A program made the position numbers and the translations under genes. The notes under the pieces are model-generated. The model saw only the letters and a program-made list of their open reading frames with translations. It was not told the origin of the DNA and ran no database searches. DNA of 64,000 nucleotides from Podarcis vaucheri (taxonomy: Eukaryota): assembly GCA_965113315.1 (NCBI GenBank), contig OZ220373.1; one strand, written 5' to 3'. Shown here piece after piece: positions 1-13,260 of this stretch (the stretch's first letter is position 1; each line of letters opens with the position of its first letter).

Positions 1-605
1 TACATATTGGCATATGTATTGAAATGCTCATTTTCAGACTTTAAAAATAGTAAGGCAGAAATGTAATGGAATAGGGTTGTGGAGATAAACATGCAAAACT
101 GAAATGGGAAAACTGGGAAAAGGCTGTTCCATGCACTTCTCTATATTACTATACACTCTTTGGCCATGGATGCACTGCATGAGTTCTGCTATGCAGAAAT
201 GGCTGAAGTGCTTTTAGAGTTGAAAGCACCGCCCAAGAATGTATCAGCCACTTGCATGCTATTGAAGACATGTGAGTGGAGTAAATTTATTAGCTAAGCA
301 TTTATAGGCTACCTCATACTTGTGACACTGAAAGGTAGACCTAATGCTTACCAGGAAGAAAAGGTTCTTAATTAGCAATAATTGTGCCTCAGATTAACCT
401 CATTGACTACTATACTGCCACAACAATATCCTTTGCTCTCAAGATTTCTCACAACAGTAACCAAAATTTCAACACAACTTATAAACAACTAAAGAGATTT
501 TAAAAGCACACAAGCCCAGGGGCACTAAGTAGACACATAATTAGACATCAGCTTTCCTGAATATGTTATATATTGCTGCAACTTCTGCAGGACATCAGGG
601 ATGTA

Positions 606-856
606 CCGCTCTATAAGACGCATCAGACCATAAGACACACCTAGTTTTTGGAGGAGGAAAACAAGAAAAATATATATTCTGAATCTCAGAAGCCAGAACA
701 GCAAGAGGGATCGCTGCGCAGTGAAAGCAGCAATTCCTCTTGCTGTTCTGGCTTCTGTGATAGCTGCGCAGCCTGCATTCGCTCCATAAGACGCACACAC
801 ATTTCCCCTTACTTTTTAGGAGGGGAAAAGTGAGTCTTATAGAGCAAAAAATACGG
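606..856. mobile_element. Non-autonomous Tc1/mariner (Tc2/pogo-like) MITE with internal palindrome
   Basis: TA at 604-605 and 857-858. Right end ...tcttatagagcaaaaaatacgg; left end ccg..ctctataagacg (partly deleted TIR). Repeated ataagacgcac subterminal motifs. Confidence 0.8.
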
Positions 857-3800
857 TACTTCAAGGAAGAGCTTCCAGGAGACCCTTTCCTGTCCCCAGG
901 CTATCACCCTAAATGGACTGTTCTTCGCTGAAGTTATCTTCACTTCTCTCACACGGCGATGGGAGGTAGGTCTTAATTGGCAAGGGAAAGCATATTGGGA
1001 GGGACAGCCCTTTTGGCGTGTAAGTCTGAGGCAACAAAGGGCTTTAAAGGTTAACATCAGTACCTTGGTTGCCAAATGGTAGCCAGTGAGGCGGCTACAA
1101 AATTAGCTGCAGTAACAAGGTTCTTCTTTTCTGAGAAGAGGTGTACTCTACATAAAGAGGCAACTGGTAAAAGCTGCTAATGGCCACACCTCCAGACCCC
1201 CAGGAATATCCCCAGGCCATTCTGAAGAGAAGTCACGAAGGCTCCACTCCTTTCTGAACATCCAGTCTCCCTACCAACATTGCTTCCATCTTGTATGGAT
1301 TCAGTTTCACTCACTTGACCACATTACCTCCATCCAACTCAGAATGATAAGCTCAAAACCCGCTTAAATTATAAAGAAATTCTCAAGTGCCCTGCAAATG
1401 CAGGATGCTTTTAAAAGCTTCTTTTACAGGGAAATGAAACTTTCAAGAAACCAGAGGGCAGATTTTGGCGCAGCACTGCCCCAGACATTGGCTTCGCATC
1501 AAGATAGCAGCTTCCAACTGCTTAGTTAATGAAACATTGAGCTGAATGACACCAGCATATTGTTGACAACAAAATCCCCAGAAGAGATCACTCAGTAACC
1601 AATCAAGGGCTTCCAAAGCAGCACCCTATAAGCACCCAGTCAGCCTCCTCAAAGGTGAGTGTTGAAGAAAAGTGTTACCCGAGCTAGGCTGGATCAGAGT
1701 GACGTTTACATCAAGAACTGAGACAGAAATATTGCCACAGCGAATATTCAAAATGAGGGCATACAGCCCATTTACCACCTTTACTGCTTCTCGGTGCACA
1801 ATTCGTTTGATGCAATGTTTTGGGGAGATGAAACACATTTTTGCATCTACCAGTTCTACTTTACAGATTCTCAAATGGGATCAAGCTGTCCCCCTAGCTG
1901 TTCTGTGGTCAGCAGGTCTTCTGCATGTCAAGGAGCTGCAATTTTGTTAAGTTCTTAAGTTCTATCATCTGCCCAAGATTCATCAGAGCATTCTGGAATC
2001 CACCAAGAGCCACAACAGCCTTCATTGAACAGATCTCCCCTGCTATTATATGTAGGAATAAATGGCTATTTTTGTCGGGGCGGGGGGCGGGGAGGGAGAT
2101 TAAAAATATGGAAACACAATTACACAAACACACAGCCAACTTTGGCCCTTAGACAGATAACAAAAATGAGGTGCAAAAGCTGTGCCTGCAGTCAGGAGTA
2201 GGGAAAAACTAGTGAGAGGTTTGATCTCATTCTTATTAACAACAAGGCAAGCTATAGGTTAAGGGATTAGGAGCCCCAAGGACTCATAGGAAAGTGGTTT
2301 CAAGACACACACACACACACACAAAAGCTGTTATGAAAGAGTGCGATGTGGAAAAGAGTCTGCCCTCCTCTCTTGAAAATCGTCCTCCTCTAGCTTGTCC
2401 AATTCATTTCCCGGGAACTTAAGAGCAATTAATGGATCAAGGCCTTTGCCATCTGTCCAGAGTGTTGGCATATTATCTCACATAAAAAGGGGGAAAGCCT
2501 CATTCCAGCATCCATGCTGCTAGCTTGGTGGCACTTACCATTTGGGAATTGGTAGCTTATATTGTTAAAAAAAAAAGTATATCACATTCATTTTTTACAC
2601 TTCTTGGAATCAGAGTACCAGGTAGAAGTGGCAAATGATGTATTCGGAGATCTGTGTTTGCTGTCTTCACACAGGAACTGTGTTCAGACCACTGGGTTTC
2701 AATCGATCTAGCCAGATTCATAGTTAAATTCATGACCGTGTGAACACATTTGTGAATTCCTCATGAAAGTTTACAAGTTATACCAGTGGAAAGCTTCTTT
2801 ATTGGCCCAGTAGGGGTCAGTAGTAGACCAGTAGTATGGAATTCATTGCATTACAGCACATATATATTTACTATATATTCCCTTCATTCCCCCCCTCCCC
2901 TTCGAGGAGAAAACACATACTCGTCTCAGTATGATGAATGTACTTCTGTACTATACCCTTTGGAATTTCCAGCATATTTTATGCAGTGTAAAATATAAAC
3001 ATGTAAGACCCAATGGCTTTACATCCTCCTCGTACAATGTAAATACAAGTTCCAAAGTTGCACATTCTATGTACCCAAACAGCTTTCTGGAGTTGAGATA
3101 CTTTTTGTATGTGGAAATAGTGCCAAGAGAGCCCATATTTTGCTATGACCTGCTGATGTCCTCATAGTCCTTAGCCCAATTAGCTTTTCATCATCAGATT
3201 TGTGGACAGGCAGCTGTCAAGTGAGGAAGAGAGTCTATTCCAATTTTTCCTTCCCAGAATTCCTGGCTGTAATCAGGTATAGCCTCTACCCTTCCACCAG
3301 CACACATTGTTCAAAGAAAATTCAGTGCTATTTTGGATTCATTATGAATCTCATTTACTTCGCAGCATTTCATTTTTGAGCACCGTCGGTCCTCTTCTGT
3401 TTTGAAACAAAAACAAAAACATGGGGATTTTTTTCACATGCTCTTTTTCACCCAAGGGGCTCTTACACTGGGAAGCACCATTAGTGCCAACCTTAAATAT
3501 GTTTACATCTGAACTAAGAAGCAGATTTGCAGAGCATACAGGGTGTGGGCAGAGAAGGAGAGGGGAGGAGGGAGGCTATAGGAGTTAAATACGCCCCTCT
3601 ATTATTGAGTCTTGGCTCCTGATCCAGCCTAGTCACTCTTGTCCATGGTACGGACTGTCCTTTAGAAACAGTTTCCTGCATGGCAAGTCCTTGCTACAAA
3701 ACCCCAGGATAAATTGTTTGGCGAAGGAAGACCAGGCAAAAGAAAAAGCTGTTAATATCCGATCACGTTACAACTCAATAGCCAGATGCACACACACAGG

Positions 3801-6379
3801 CCTTTACAAAATGTGTGCATGCACGCACATACACACACTTTAAAGGCATTGATATTTTATCATTGCTGCTGTTTTATCGGAATGGATTTTCCAAAGGAAT
3901 GCATTTTAACCAGGCTCCATTTCATGTGCTATACAGCTGTTTCTCACCCTTTCTATTTCCTACGCATCAAGAGCTTCCAGTGCCAATGTTGTTTTCTATA
4001 CAATAGCCATGGCGGCTATGCAAAATATGAACCTGGAAGCCTGCCCTTTTGTAGAAATACACTAGAGCGATTGACTTTTCCCACCTGGCTTGCAGAGGTT
4101 TGGAGAGAGAGAAAACATATGTGCCCTCATTGTGAATGCAGCCTTAATGAACACATCAGCATGATGTTTTTCCAAATGTAACAATAGACATGATGGCAAG
4201 CTACTTAAGAATATGTCACAATGTATTGTGAGAACCAATTTGCTTTGGCAATGTTAGAGGAAGAATGTGGAGTTTCTCAGTTCCCAGTCCTATACATCAA
4301 TCTAAAACGTGAGACGCACACACGGGTGTTTATTTTAAATACTGCGTTGATAACTTGCTTTGAAGGAAATATTTTAGTCTCATGCAAGGATCCCATGGTT
4401 TCTCTTTATTTTTGTACAGCACTTCCCCCGTCCCATTAGCAGAACTATATAGAAGCATATTTCTCCTTTCAGAGTTGTGGCACTGAGAAATTAAAACCTG
4501 AGGTGGATTTCGGTGTAGTGATAGGTGGGGTTATGGGCAGAATTCAGCTAAATTGCTGCAAGTGCAGAATGAGGTCCATTCATGCAATGAGACCTTCCTC
4601 TCCTCTCCTCCTCCTCCTCATGTATATCCCTAGACATGTTCTGGGGCTCCCCCCAAACCTCCAAAGCAGATTTAGGGGACTGCAGTGGTACGTAGAGGGA
4701 AGAAAGGGGTGAATAATAATAAATTAACATGTGCCATTAAGGTAGGACGGGGACTATGCAAGAGAAATGATTCTGAGGAGATATGGAAGGTATTTGTAGA
4801 ATTGGTACTGTTAAAATAAAAAGGGGTCAAACCATTGCAAGAGGTGTTGACATTTTGGGAGGCTGGGTAGTTGCAATGGAAAGGTCTCGGTGGTGGGGTG
4901 CACATTTTTATTCTTATTTATTTATGATTATTACTTTGTCAAAGAAGAAGAAAGGAGTGAAAAGTCCTGTTGCCCAAGCAAACCTCGTTCTGCACACACA
5001 GCAACTTAGTTGAATCCGACCCAAGGGCTCTATCCTGGAAACCTCTTTAAACATAAAAGTACCTAAAGTATAAGAACTTCTCATTTCAGTGTGCCGTGTG
5101 CTGCTATATAAACCCTATTTTGGGACCACTTCATTCGCCTTCCAAGATTTGGGTTCTTAAAGAGCATGGCATTTTTGTTGGGGGCCAAAATGACAGGAAT
5201 CAAAAAATGGGGGGTGGGGAAAAGGTAGCGCTCCAGATGCTGTAGAACTTACTGCTCAGTTAGTGGTCCAGCATGATGGGAACTGTAGTCCAGCAAGAAT
5301 TGGGGGGCCACAGGTTCCCTATTCCTGTGTATGTAATGGATAAATTATGGATGTTACGGAGATACTGGTAGAGGCAAAGTGTTGTGCAGGTCACTAAAAG
5401 GTCACTGCCGGTGTTCGAAATCAGCCAGGTTCAAGGTGCATTTTGACCTGGCCTTCAACCACTTGTGACCAAGTGAAGATCCACCATCTGGGGATCATTG
5501 GATCTGGACTGTTTTCACACACTAATACCCCATCTTGTAGAATTCGGTTATAATTTATCTGCATAACCGGAATGAATTAACCAAATTGCTTTTTCTGTGC
5601 AGCCTGAGCAGGAGCAGTCACCATAAAGACAAAGAGGTCGAAATATCCCAATATATGCATGGACTGTCCCTGGATCAAGTGACTTTTCTTTTAAATTCTC
5701 AAAGCTCTTAATGTACCTCAAGGTTGTCATTTGAACTAGCCAAATGTGTATATGAGAATCAATCACAGTCAGTCCATCATTTGAAAAATAAGACTTTAGA
5801 ACCGCCTTACCCCCCAAATGGCAACTAGACATTCCATTTTGGTGACTGCAGTCTTGGTTGAAGGAGCCATTTTAGTGCCTAGCTCATATTTCTGAGTTTC
5901 TAATACTGGTTACTGCTGACACTACCATGCCCTGTTTGTGCTTTTGAGATGAGGGTAATGATATAGAGGGAAACGGCCAAAGGCACAAATCTTTTTAGAG
6001 AAATCATCCGGGAGTCTTGACACACATATTTCCTACCTAAACCAACTTTGGGATCTATACTGATTTCATAACTATTTCCCTCACAGAGCTGCAATACTCA
6101 GCGTCATTTAACAAACAAACGCTCTTCATAGGGAATAGAGGCCTCTTACGAACCCTATGTTAGATTAGACATTATTGTTAGACCTCATATTCTAAAGAAC
6201 CATTCTGACAAAGGAGGGTGATTTATTTCCCTCAATCATCACTTTTGTGCTATCAGATTGGCGACCATTTCCACATCCACAACCTCCACACATCCTTCCA
6301 AGTGATTCTTAAGTATTTTTATTTGATGCCTTGGAATCTTATATCCATTAATCCTCTTGATATCATCTAAAACTTGTCG

Positions 6380-6545
6380 TTAAAGAGTTCCCATTTTCAG
6401 ACACTGGCTTCTCTGGTTAAAAGGATCAGGTTGCAGGCAATGGAAAAGACACCCCCCTCCCTCTTCCCTGCAGAGGACCTACCAGTCAGCGGGGAATATC
6501 TTAGGCTAGACGGACAAAAAGATAAGGTCGCTTCCTGTGTTTCTA
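6380..6545 (+). mobile_element. Degraded Squam2-like SINE (tRNA head / CR1-type tail)
   Basis: ccagtcag...taggctagacggac...ataaggtcgcttcctgtgtttcta resembles the Squam2/CR1 3' tail. Recognised from memory of the consensus. Confidence 0.5.
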
Positions 6546-6644
6546 CATAGTCTTATTTACTTTTTTAGAGTAATAGAACAGTGCAGAATACACAGGGCCA
6601 CTGAGCAGGGGAAAATCATTTCCATTTTATTGGTATGTAAACAA

Positions 6645-6977
6645 GGCTAGGGAATCTGTCAGTTTCAGTTGCTCCTCATATTAAATTCACTTCACCACAT
6701 TTCCAGATCAGGTTGCAATTAAGAAAAAAAACCCTGTAGGAAAATTTCCAGGTATTTTAGTGCACATTTCCTCTAACGTACACATTTTTGCAAACACATT
6801 TCCTCGATATAATGCATTTTTTATGTGATCTTCAGAAATATATGCATGTTAATAGATACTTTTCCTTATTATACACATCACATAAATGGGGTTGGGTTTT
6901 TTTGGGTTGGAGAACTGTTGGAGGAGTGGAAATTAAGTAGGCTTACCTTACCGAACTGAATTTCTCACCCATCTCTA
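6645..6977. mobile_element. Non-autonomous DNA transposon, TAGGGATGG-TIR family (degraded)
   Basis: Ends ...gaatttctcacccatctcta. The AT-rich body is similar to the copies at 32363, 46378 and 55563. Confidence 0.6.
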
Positions 6978-8160
6978 AGATATGAAAACTTGCTGAAATT
7001 TAGCTAGCGTCAGTCTGGGATATTGAACCTTCTTACTACCCGGGTTTGGCTATAACGAGAAATGGACAACCATTAAGCATCCCCTGTAAAAATCTACCAC
7101 AATAGTTCTTGCCAGCTCTGCTAAAGATAGGCCATTGGGCTTTTATGTCTCAAGGTCTATTTCAATCTTCAGTCTTAAACGTATTTCTGCTATATAATCA
7201 AAGCATCCTTTTATAACAGTGGTGGAGCACAGCATACATCATCCATAGGGAAAGAGCTAAAAAATTATTGTATTCATAAATTAAATTGACATTTTGAAAG
7301 GTTAACACAAAAATGACTTTGCTGTCTGTGATCAATAAAAAAGTATTTCAAGTAATTAAAACCTCTGATGTGAACAATTCTTGGTTGGTGCCTGTTAGGA
7401 AAAAAATATAAATAAATAGCCAGACACATGCAATAAATATAGATAAAGCACGTCTGCCCCAGAGAGGGCTTATTATTTACAGGTTGAGCTTGGGTGCTTG
7501 AGAACTCTCTACATCAAGTTGTAAATGAGCTCTGAAGAATATTGTTAAGTGTGATAATGATCAAAAGCAAAGACTCATAATACATTTTTTTTTGAAAATG
7601 CAACAGCATCTCATCATAATCCTTCACTTGCAGTCTGAAGTAGTCCAGTTCCGGAACAGCTTCACCATTGCATCTGGTATTTGGAGGCCAACACACTACA
7701 GATTGGGCTGGAATTTTCTTTATAATGGATTGAATGAAAGCTTATATTTTCCTCCCGTTGACTGGTGGGGTGAGGGGATTGTAACTAGTGAGTTGGCAGA
7801 CAGCATCTGGGGGTGATGGCTCAGAGATGGAACCTGATAGACCAGGAGTTAGAGCCAGTAGCAAATGCTCAAGCAACACTGAGACATGATTTTGGAGCAC
7901 TTTCAAGTTACAATGGACTTTATGCAACACATATCTCTTTCTTTAGAATGGCGAAGAAGAATAGTTCACAAAAAAATAATATTGTCCCATGGTTTTTGGG
8001 CCCTCACCCTGACATTTTACTGCATTGTCTATACCTCTTGTCCTTGAGACACCTCCAATATGGTGAATCTTGGGTTTGAATGATAACTTTCCTTCCTGTG
8101 GTTAGGGATGGGAGAATAATTTAGTTCAATCTGTGTTTAAGTGCAAATTATCATGTATGA

Positions 8161-8508
8161 TAAAGGTAAAGGTAAAGGGACCCCTGACCATTAGGTCCAG
8201 TCGTGGCCGGCTCTGGGGTTGCGGCACTCATTTCGCTTTATTGGCCAAGGGAGGCAGTTGTACAGCTTCCAGGTCATGTGGCCAGCATGACTAAGCCACT
8301 TCTGGTGAACCAGAGCAGCGTGCGGAAATGATGTTTACCTTTCTGCTGGAAAGCTATTTATCAACTTGCACTTTGACGTGCTTTCGAACTGCTAGGTTGG
8401 CAGGAGCAGGGACCGAGCAATGGGAGCTCACCCCGTCACGGGGATTCGAACCGCCGACCTTCTGATCGGCAAGTCCTAGGCTCTGTGGTTTAACCCACAG
8501 TGCAACCC
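8161..8508 (-). mobile_element. Sauria SINE (Squam1), near full length
   Basis: (aaaggt)n tail, ggtcatgtggccagcatgac core and tRNA-derived head with B-box (ggattcgaacc). Nearly identical to 51085-51436. Confidence 0.93.
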
Positions 8509-8740
8509 ACACAAACAAACAGCTGTGTCCCTGATCATTCCACTCCCCAACCCTCTTCAGAACCACATTTCTAAACACACTGTTTTCTATTCTGCAGCCC
8601 CACTTTGCAACTCTGTTTTCTCTTTCACTTCCATGTCCATGCTTCCTCCTCCCCCTCCTTCTCTGAAATTCCTCATTGCACACAAACCACTCAATGGTAA
8701 CTTTCTGCATCTTCCTCCTCCCACACGTTGCAACTACCAA

Positions 8741-8949
8741 TAGGGTTGCCATATATCCAGGAACTGGCCGCTGGATGGAAATTGCTGAAATGTCCTGGAA
8801 AATCCATATGTATGGCAACCCATGTTGGAAGTGTAGATTTTGGCGAACTTCACTAAAAATAGTTCAAAACTCTCTCTCTCTCTTGCCATTCTGCAAAACT
8901 AAAAAACTTTGGGGAAAACTAAAACAACAACAAGCCCATGGCAACCCTA
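8741..8949. mobile_element. hAT-type MITE
   Basis: TIR tagggttgccat / atggcaacccta. 8-bp TSD actaccaa (8733-8740) / actactaa (8950-8957). Confidence 0.85.
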
Positions 8950-10730
8950 ACTACTAAGCACCTTTTTTACTTTCCACGCAGTTATGAAGCCACCAACCCC
9001 TTCTATTCTGCAGCCCTTTCCATATTTCTGTTTTCACTTCCATTCCCATGCCTCCTACTTCCTCCTTTTAGCGCCTCTCTTTTCACCATTATCCTCCTTT
9101 TCTTCCTCCTCCATTGTCTCAACTCCCCCTTGCACGCAGACCACCTTCATTTCCATGCTTCCCCTTCTCTCCTCTTCTTCAGCCCCCTTTGCACACACGG
9201 CCTGTAATTATATACGCTGCTGTATCTTCAAGATGATGAGAATCTTAGGAGCAAGGCTGTTGGTTTGCTTGTTCAATTAGGAAAAAAAGGTTATGTTCAG
9301 TGGATGGATGTTGTACCTATAAGGCTCTTTATATGTTAATAAAATACCTGCTCTAAATTACTATATTGAACCTGGTATTTGATGCTGAAGACAACACATG
9401 GTATGTGAAGTGAAATACGCTGTGTGAAGAATCTCTTCTGTTGTTTTAAAGCACCACCCTTGCCTTCTCAGTGTGCCTCCCTTCTCACTCCCATGCCACA
9501 GTCATTGCTGTTGTGCAACCTGCATTCTCTTTTACTCCCCAATCCCACCCTGATTTCATGCAAATCCAGGATTGTGATGCAGCACTACAGATACTCCATT
9601 AAGGGCTACGTGACGACACTCTTACATTTTTATTATAATACAATGCTTATATCTCTATAGATATTTGCTGATCTTCCAGAGGCACTATTCAAGCATGCCT
9701 CCCCCTTGCCATTCAGCTTCCTCTCTTTCTCTCCTATTACCTAAACACACACACACACACACACACACACAATGGGGGAAAGGGGAGGAGAGGAAATAAA
9801 GCAGTCAATATGTTCTTGAACTTGGACTCCTAACAGCTGCATTTTAAAAAGTGCCATGCCATTATACTGGTGTAACTATGCACTCTATCCATTATGAGCA
9901 CAAATACAATCTGATTAGTATTTTTTTTAAATAAGCTAGTCTTGTCTTCTTTTATTACAAACATCACCTTCAGATGTGGAGCCACTGCAGCCATTAAATC
10001 AAGAATATTTAGCTATTATTTGTAATAAATGTCAGCCGGGCTGAGTCAAAGCCAGGAGGAAATGTTCGGGGCAGAAAACACACTGACATTCATTCATGCA
10101 AATTTGGTACCACTAGTAGAATTAATCATAAAGAGGGAGAGTAGTGCATACAATGCATGTATATGACTAGTTTAGCCAATTCCGATTCATCATGACAACA
10201 AGATTTATAATGGCTAAGTAATCTAACGACAAACAGCCATCTGCACAATACAGTGGAACTGGAATAGATTTAAATGCATCATGTTGACAGCTTGATCCAC
10301 CACAGGAATCCATGATGGTCCAGTGCAGTGTGTGTGCTGTGCATGCGGAATGTATGAATATGAACCCTGAAATACTGGTGTGGTGAGAATCTTCAGTGCA
10401 GGCAAAATGCCCTGACAGTTAGAAATCTGGCTTCCTGTGCCAGAATGAATAGGCAGGATCCCAGTTGCCTGTGCCATCTTCATCAAGGCACAAACAAAAG
10501 TCCTGGCTGACCTTCAGAGCATTTCTGAAAAGACTTACCTTCAGTTTATCTATCTAATAGACTACCCCTGCCACCCATTGTGGACTCCAGAATGGATGAC
10601 AGAGGTGTAAATGTGACAGGAGCCCTCAGGTGGCCAGGTCTCTTTAGACTTGAAGCTCTCTCTTCCAGTGAGTGGGTGGTGTTTAACTGCATCACTGATT
10701 TTTCATGATGGAATGCTCACCCACTCTTCT

Positions 10731-10992
10731 GGGAGCCAGTGTGGTGTAGTGGTTAAGAGTGGTAGTCTCGTAATCTGGTGAACCGGGTTCGCTTCCCCGC
10801 TCCTCCACATGCAGCTGCTGGGTGACCTTGGGCCAGTCACACTTCTCTGAAGTCTCTCAGCCTCACTCACCTCACAGAGTGTTTGTTGTGGGGGAGGAAA
10901 GGAAAGGAGAATGTTAGCCGCTTTTAGACTCCTTAGGGTAGTGATAAAGCGGGATATCAAATCCAAACTCCTCTTCTTCTTCTTCTTCTTCT
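10731..10992 (+). mobile_element. tRNA-derived SINE (Squam3-like), full length with (CTT)n tail
   Basis: Starts gggagccagtgtggtgtagtggttaagag (A box), then gggttcgcttccc (B box) and gggtgaccttgggccagtcac core; simple-repeat tail. Confidence 0.85.
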
Positions 10993-11097
10993 GCTTGTTC
11001 TGCTGCTCCCCCATCCCCAGGAAAACCCACCATTGAATCAGAACAAACATCAATTAGGTTTTCTGTGGATTGGTGTTTGTTCTGATTCAGTGGTAAA

Positions 11098-11666
11098 CAT
11101 AGGCACTGACTTCAGGGGGCCAAGACCTTTGGGGCCCCCTCAATCTTTTCTTTTTTGAGGGGGCTTGGCCCCCCAATGTTGAGGTCGAACACAAAGCCAG
11201 GCACAGAGTGACATCAGGATGTTGCAACAGGCCCCCTCAATGTTCTTCAGAAGATGGCGTTTCCGGTGGCAAACAGTGGGTTTTTCCAGGGAAAGCGATG
11301 GGAAGAACAAAAATCCTCTTGGACCACAGGAAGTGTCCTGTGCATCTACAGTGCAACAGGGGGGCTTTTGGGCTGTACCAGACCCCATTCACATCTTAAT
11401 GGCCCTCCAAGGCAGGAGCACCACCAGAAAGCTTTGGTCATGTAATGTGAAGCAGACTCCACACTCATGGAAGGTTTCTAATCTAGTGAGGGACAGGTGC
11501 AACCACTGCCCCTTTTCAGGACTGGAGGTTGCAAATCAGGATCTAGTGCAGCCAGGTGGGTTTGTTGCTGTTAGAACCCCAGCTCACAGATTTCAAGGTC
11601 TGCAAGTAGGCAAAACACCCCTCACTCCTCCACCAGAGGCCCCCCTTTATTGCTGGAGTGGGCCTG
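11098..11666. mobile_element. Degraded hAT-type MITE (cataggcgccgac-like end)
   Basis: Left end cataggcactgacttc plus GC-rich ggggcccccc subterminal blocks like 43494-43853. Right end uncertain. Confidence 0.45.
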
Positions 11667-12959
11667 GAACCCACTAGAAAGCAGTGGATCCTGGGCTTGC
11701 TCTGAAAAGCCTATATCCCCACCAAAAGCCATGGTTGGGATTCCTCCCCATATTAATCAAATAGTTCATTCTAATCTTGCAGATCTTGCAGAATTTTCAA
11801 GGTTGAAGATACTACAAGCCTCAATCACAAGGACTATTGGAGCCAACAATGAGGGGGTTTAGAGGGTTTAGGGGAGCAATGTGGGAAAAACTGAACAGCA
11901 TCAAAACACTTCACCAGCTGCTGCGACTGGTGCAAACATGAAATCCCTCTGTCTTTATCTAACGAGTGAATGCAGTTTTTTAAGAATAAGAACATCAGAC
12001 TGAGATATGGTCCTGCTGGAGCCAGAGAGAATGACTCTCAGAAAACCACTTTCTGATGAGAAGAGGGATTTGAATACCATTTGAAAGCCTACACAACTGA
12101 ATCATTTAAGCTATCGGAGGGAAAACTGTAATCACCATTTTCAAGTTCTAAGAGAATAATTTTGCCCTTAAATACCAAGGAGTATCATTTAAATCTCAGA
12201 GTGATTAAAGTTACAACCGAGATGACTTAACACTGTATTCCTTCATGCATGTGAGAGAAACAAGGACTGAAAAGGTATATTTTAATCTGTGCCTAATAAT
12301 TGCAGTTGAAGAGGAAAAGTTTAAAAAACTGTTCTTGAAAATGTATAAAGCTTTTCAGAAGAGCTGACACCCAAATTATAGGTGACATTCTATGACTCAC
12401 AGTTCTCAAGTGTGTAGATGTGAGTAAAAAACCAGTTTAAGAATAAAATATTATTCAGGAAGGTAAAAAAACAAAAAACAAATCATATCATATCCAGCAG
12501 AAATCTTTGTTTGGGGCCAAACTGGAGTCTCATGTTATTTCTGATCGACTGAGTTGTTAAGTGAAAAACAAATATTTCATAACAATGTTGTATATGTACT
12601 GATTCCAATCTGCATGTTGCTTCTTATCTTGCACAGACTGGAAGCAGCTACAATAAAGGAAACAGAAGAAAACAGCCTTTCTTTTCAATGTAACAAATGT
12701 TTCCACGGAGTGATTTGTAATTGCAAAAATTGAGGAAAACCATTTGATCTTGCAGAAGTAAAGGGATTTCTCCTGGTCTGAGCCAGAGTGGCGTCGTGCT
12801 CAGGCTTTGCTTACAAGCTTCCTATAGGCATCTGGTTGGTCACTGTGAGAACAGATGGACCTTTCGCCTGATCCAGAAGGCTCATCTTAGATTCTTATGT
12901 AATGCTCTTATGGGCTTATAAGCACTGGCAATTCCATATTTCACTGATTAGGCTATTTA

Positions 12960-13260
12960 GCGTATTGCTCACATAGAAAGCGTAATTGGATTACTGTAAT
13001 GTGCCCTATATAGGGCTACCCATGAATACAGGTCTGGAAGCTGCCTCTAATACAGAACATCTGGCAAAGTGGTGAGCTATGTATATACTTAGGATCCTAC
13101 AAGAACTTCATGAGCTGCTCATTTGTTACTGGGCCCAGTTCAAGGTTTTGATGAAGCCCTGAATGATTTGGGTCCTGAATACTTAAAGGAGCATATCTCC
13201 TGATATTTGCCATTCTAGGATTTTAAGTTTGTCTTCTAAAGTGCATCTGGTTATTTACAG
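12960..13260 (+). mobile_element. LINE-2 ORF2 3' fragment (degraded)
   Basis: ttggattactgtaat = LDYCN, followed by YIGLP and a frameshifted QFKVL-like motif. Confidence 0.7.

Noticed and set aside
1448-1461. CTCF site (aaaccagagggcag)
   Set aside because: Lacks the leading CC of the core consensus; a single partial match is insufficient.
2931-3156. C/D-box snoRNA (ATGATGA...CTGA)
   Set aside because: The boxes are over 200 nt apart with no terminal stem; expected by chance.
10731-10810. tRNA gene
   Set aside because: The A/B boxes belong to a SINE head and no cloverleaf is evident. The same applies to the Sauria and Squam2 heads.
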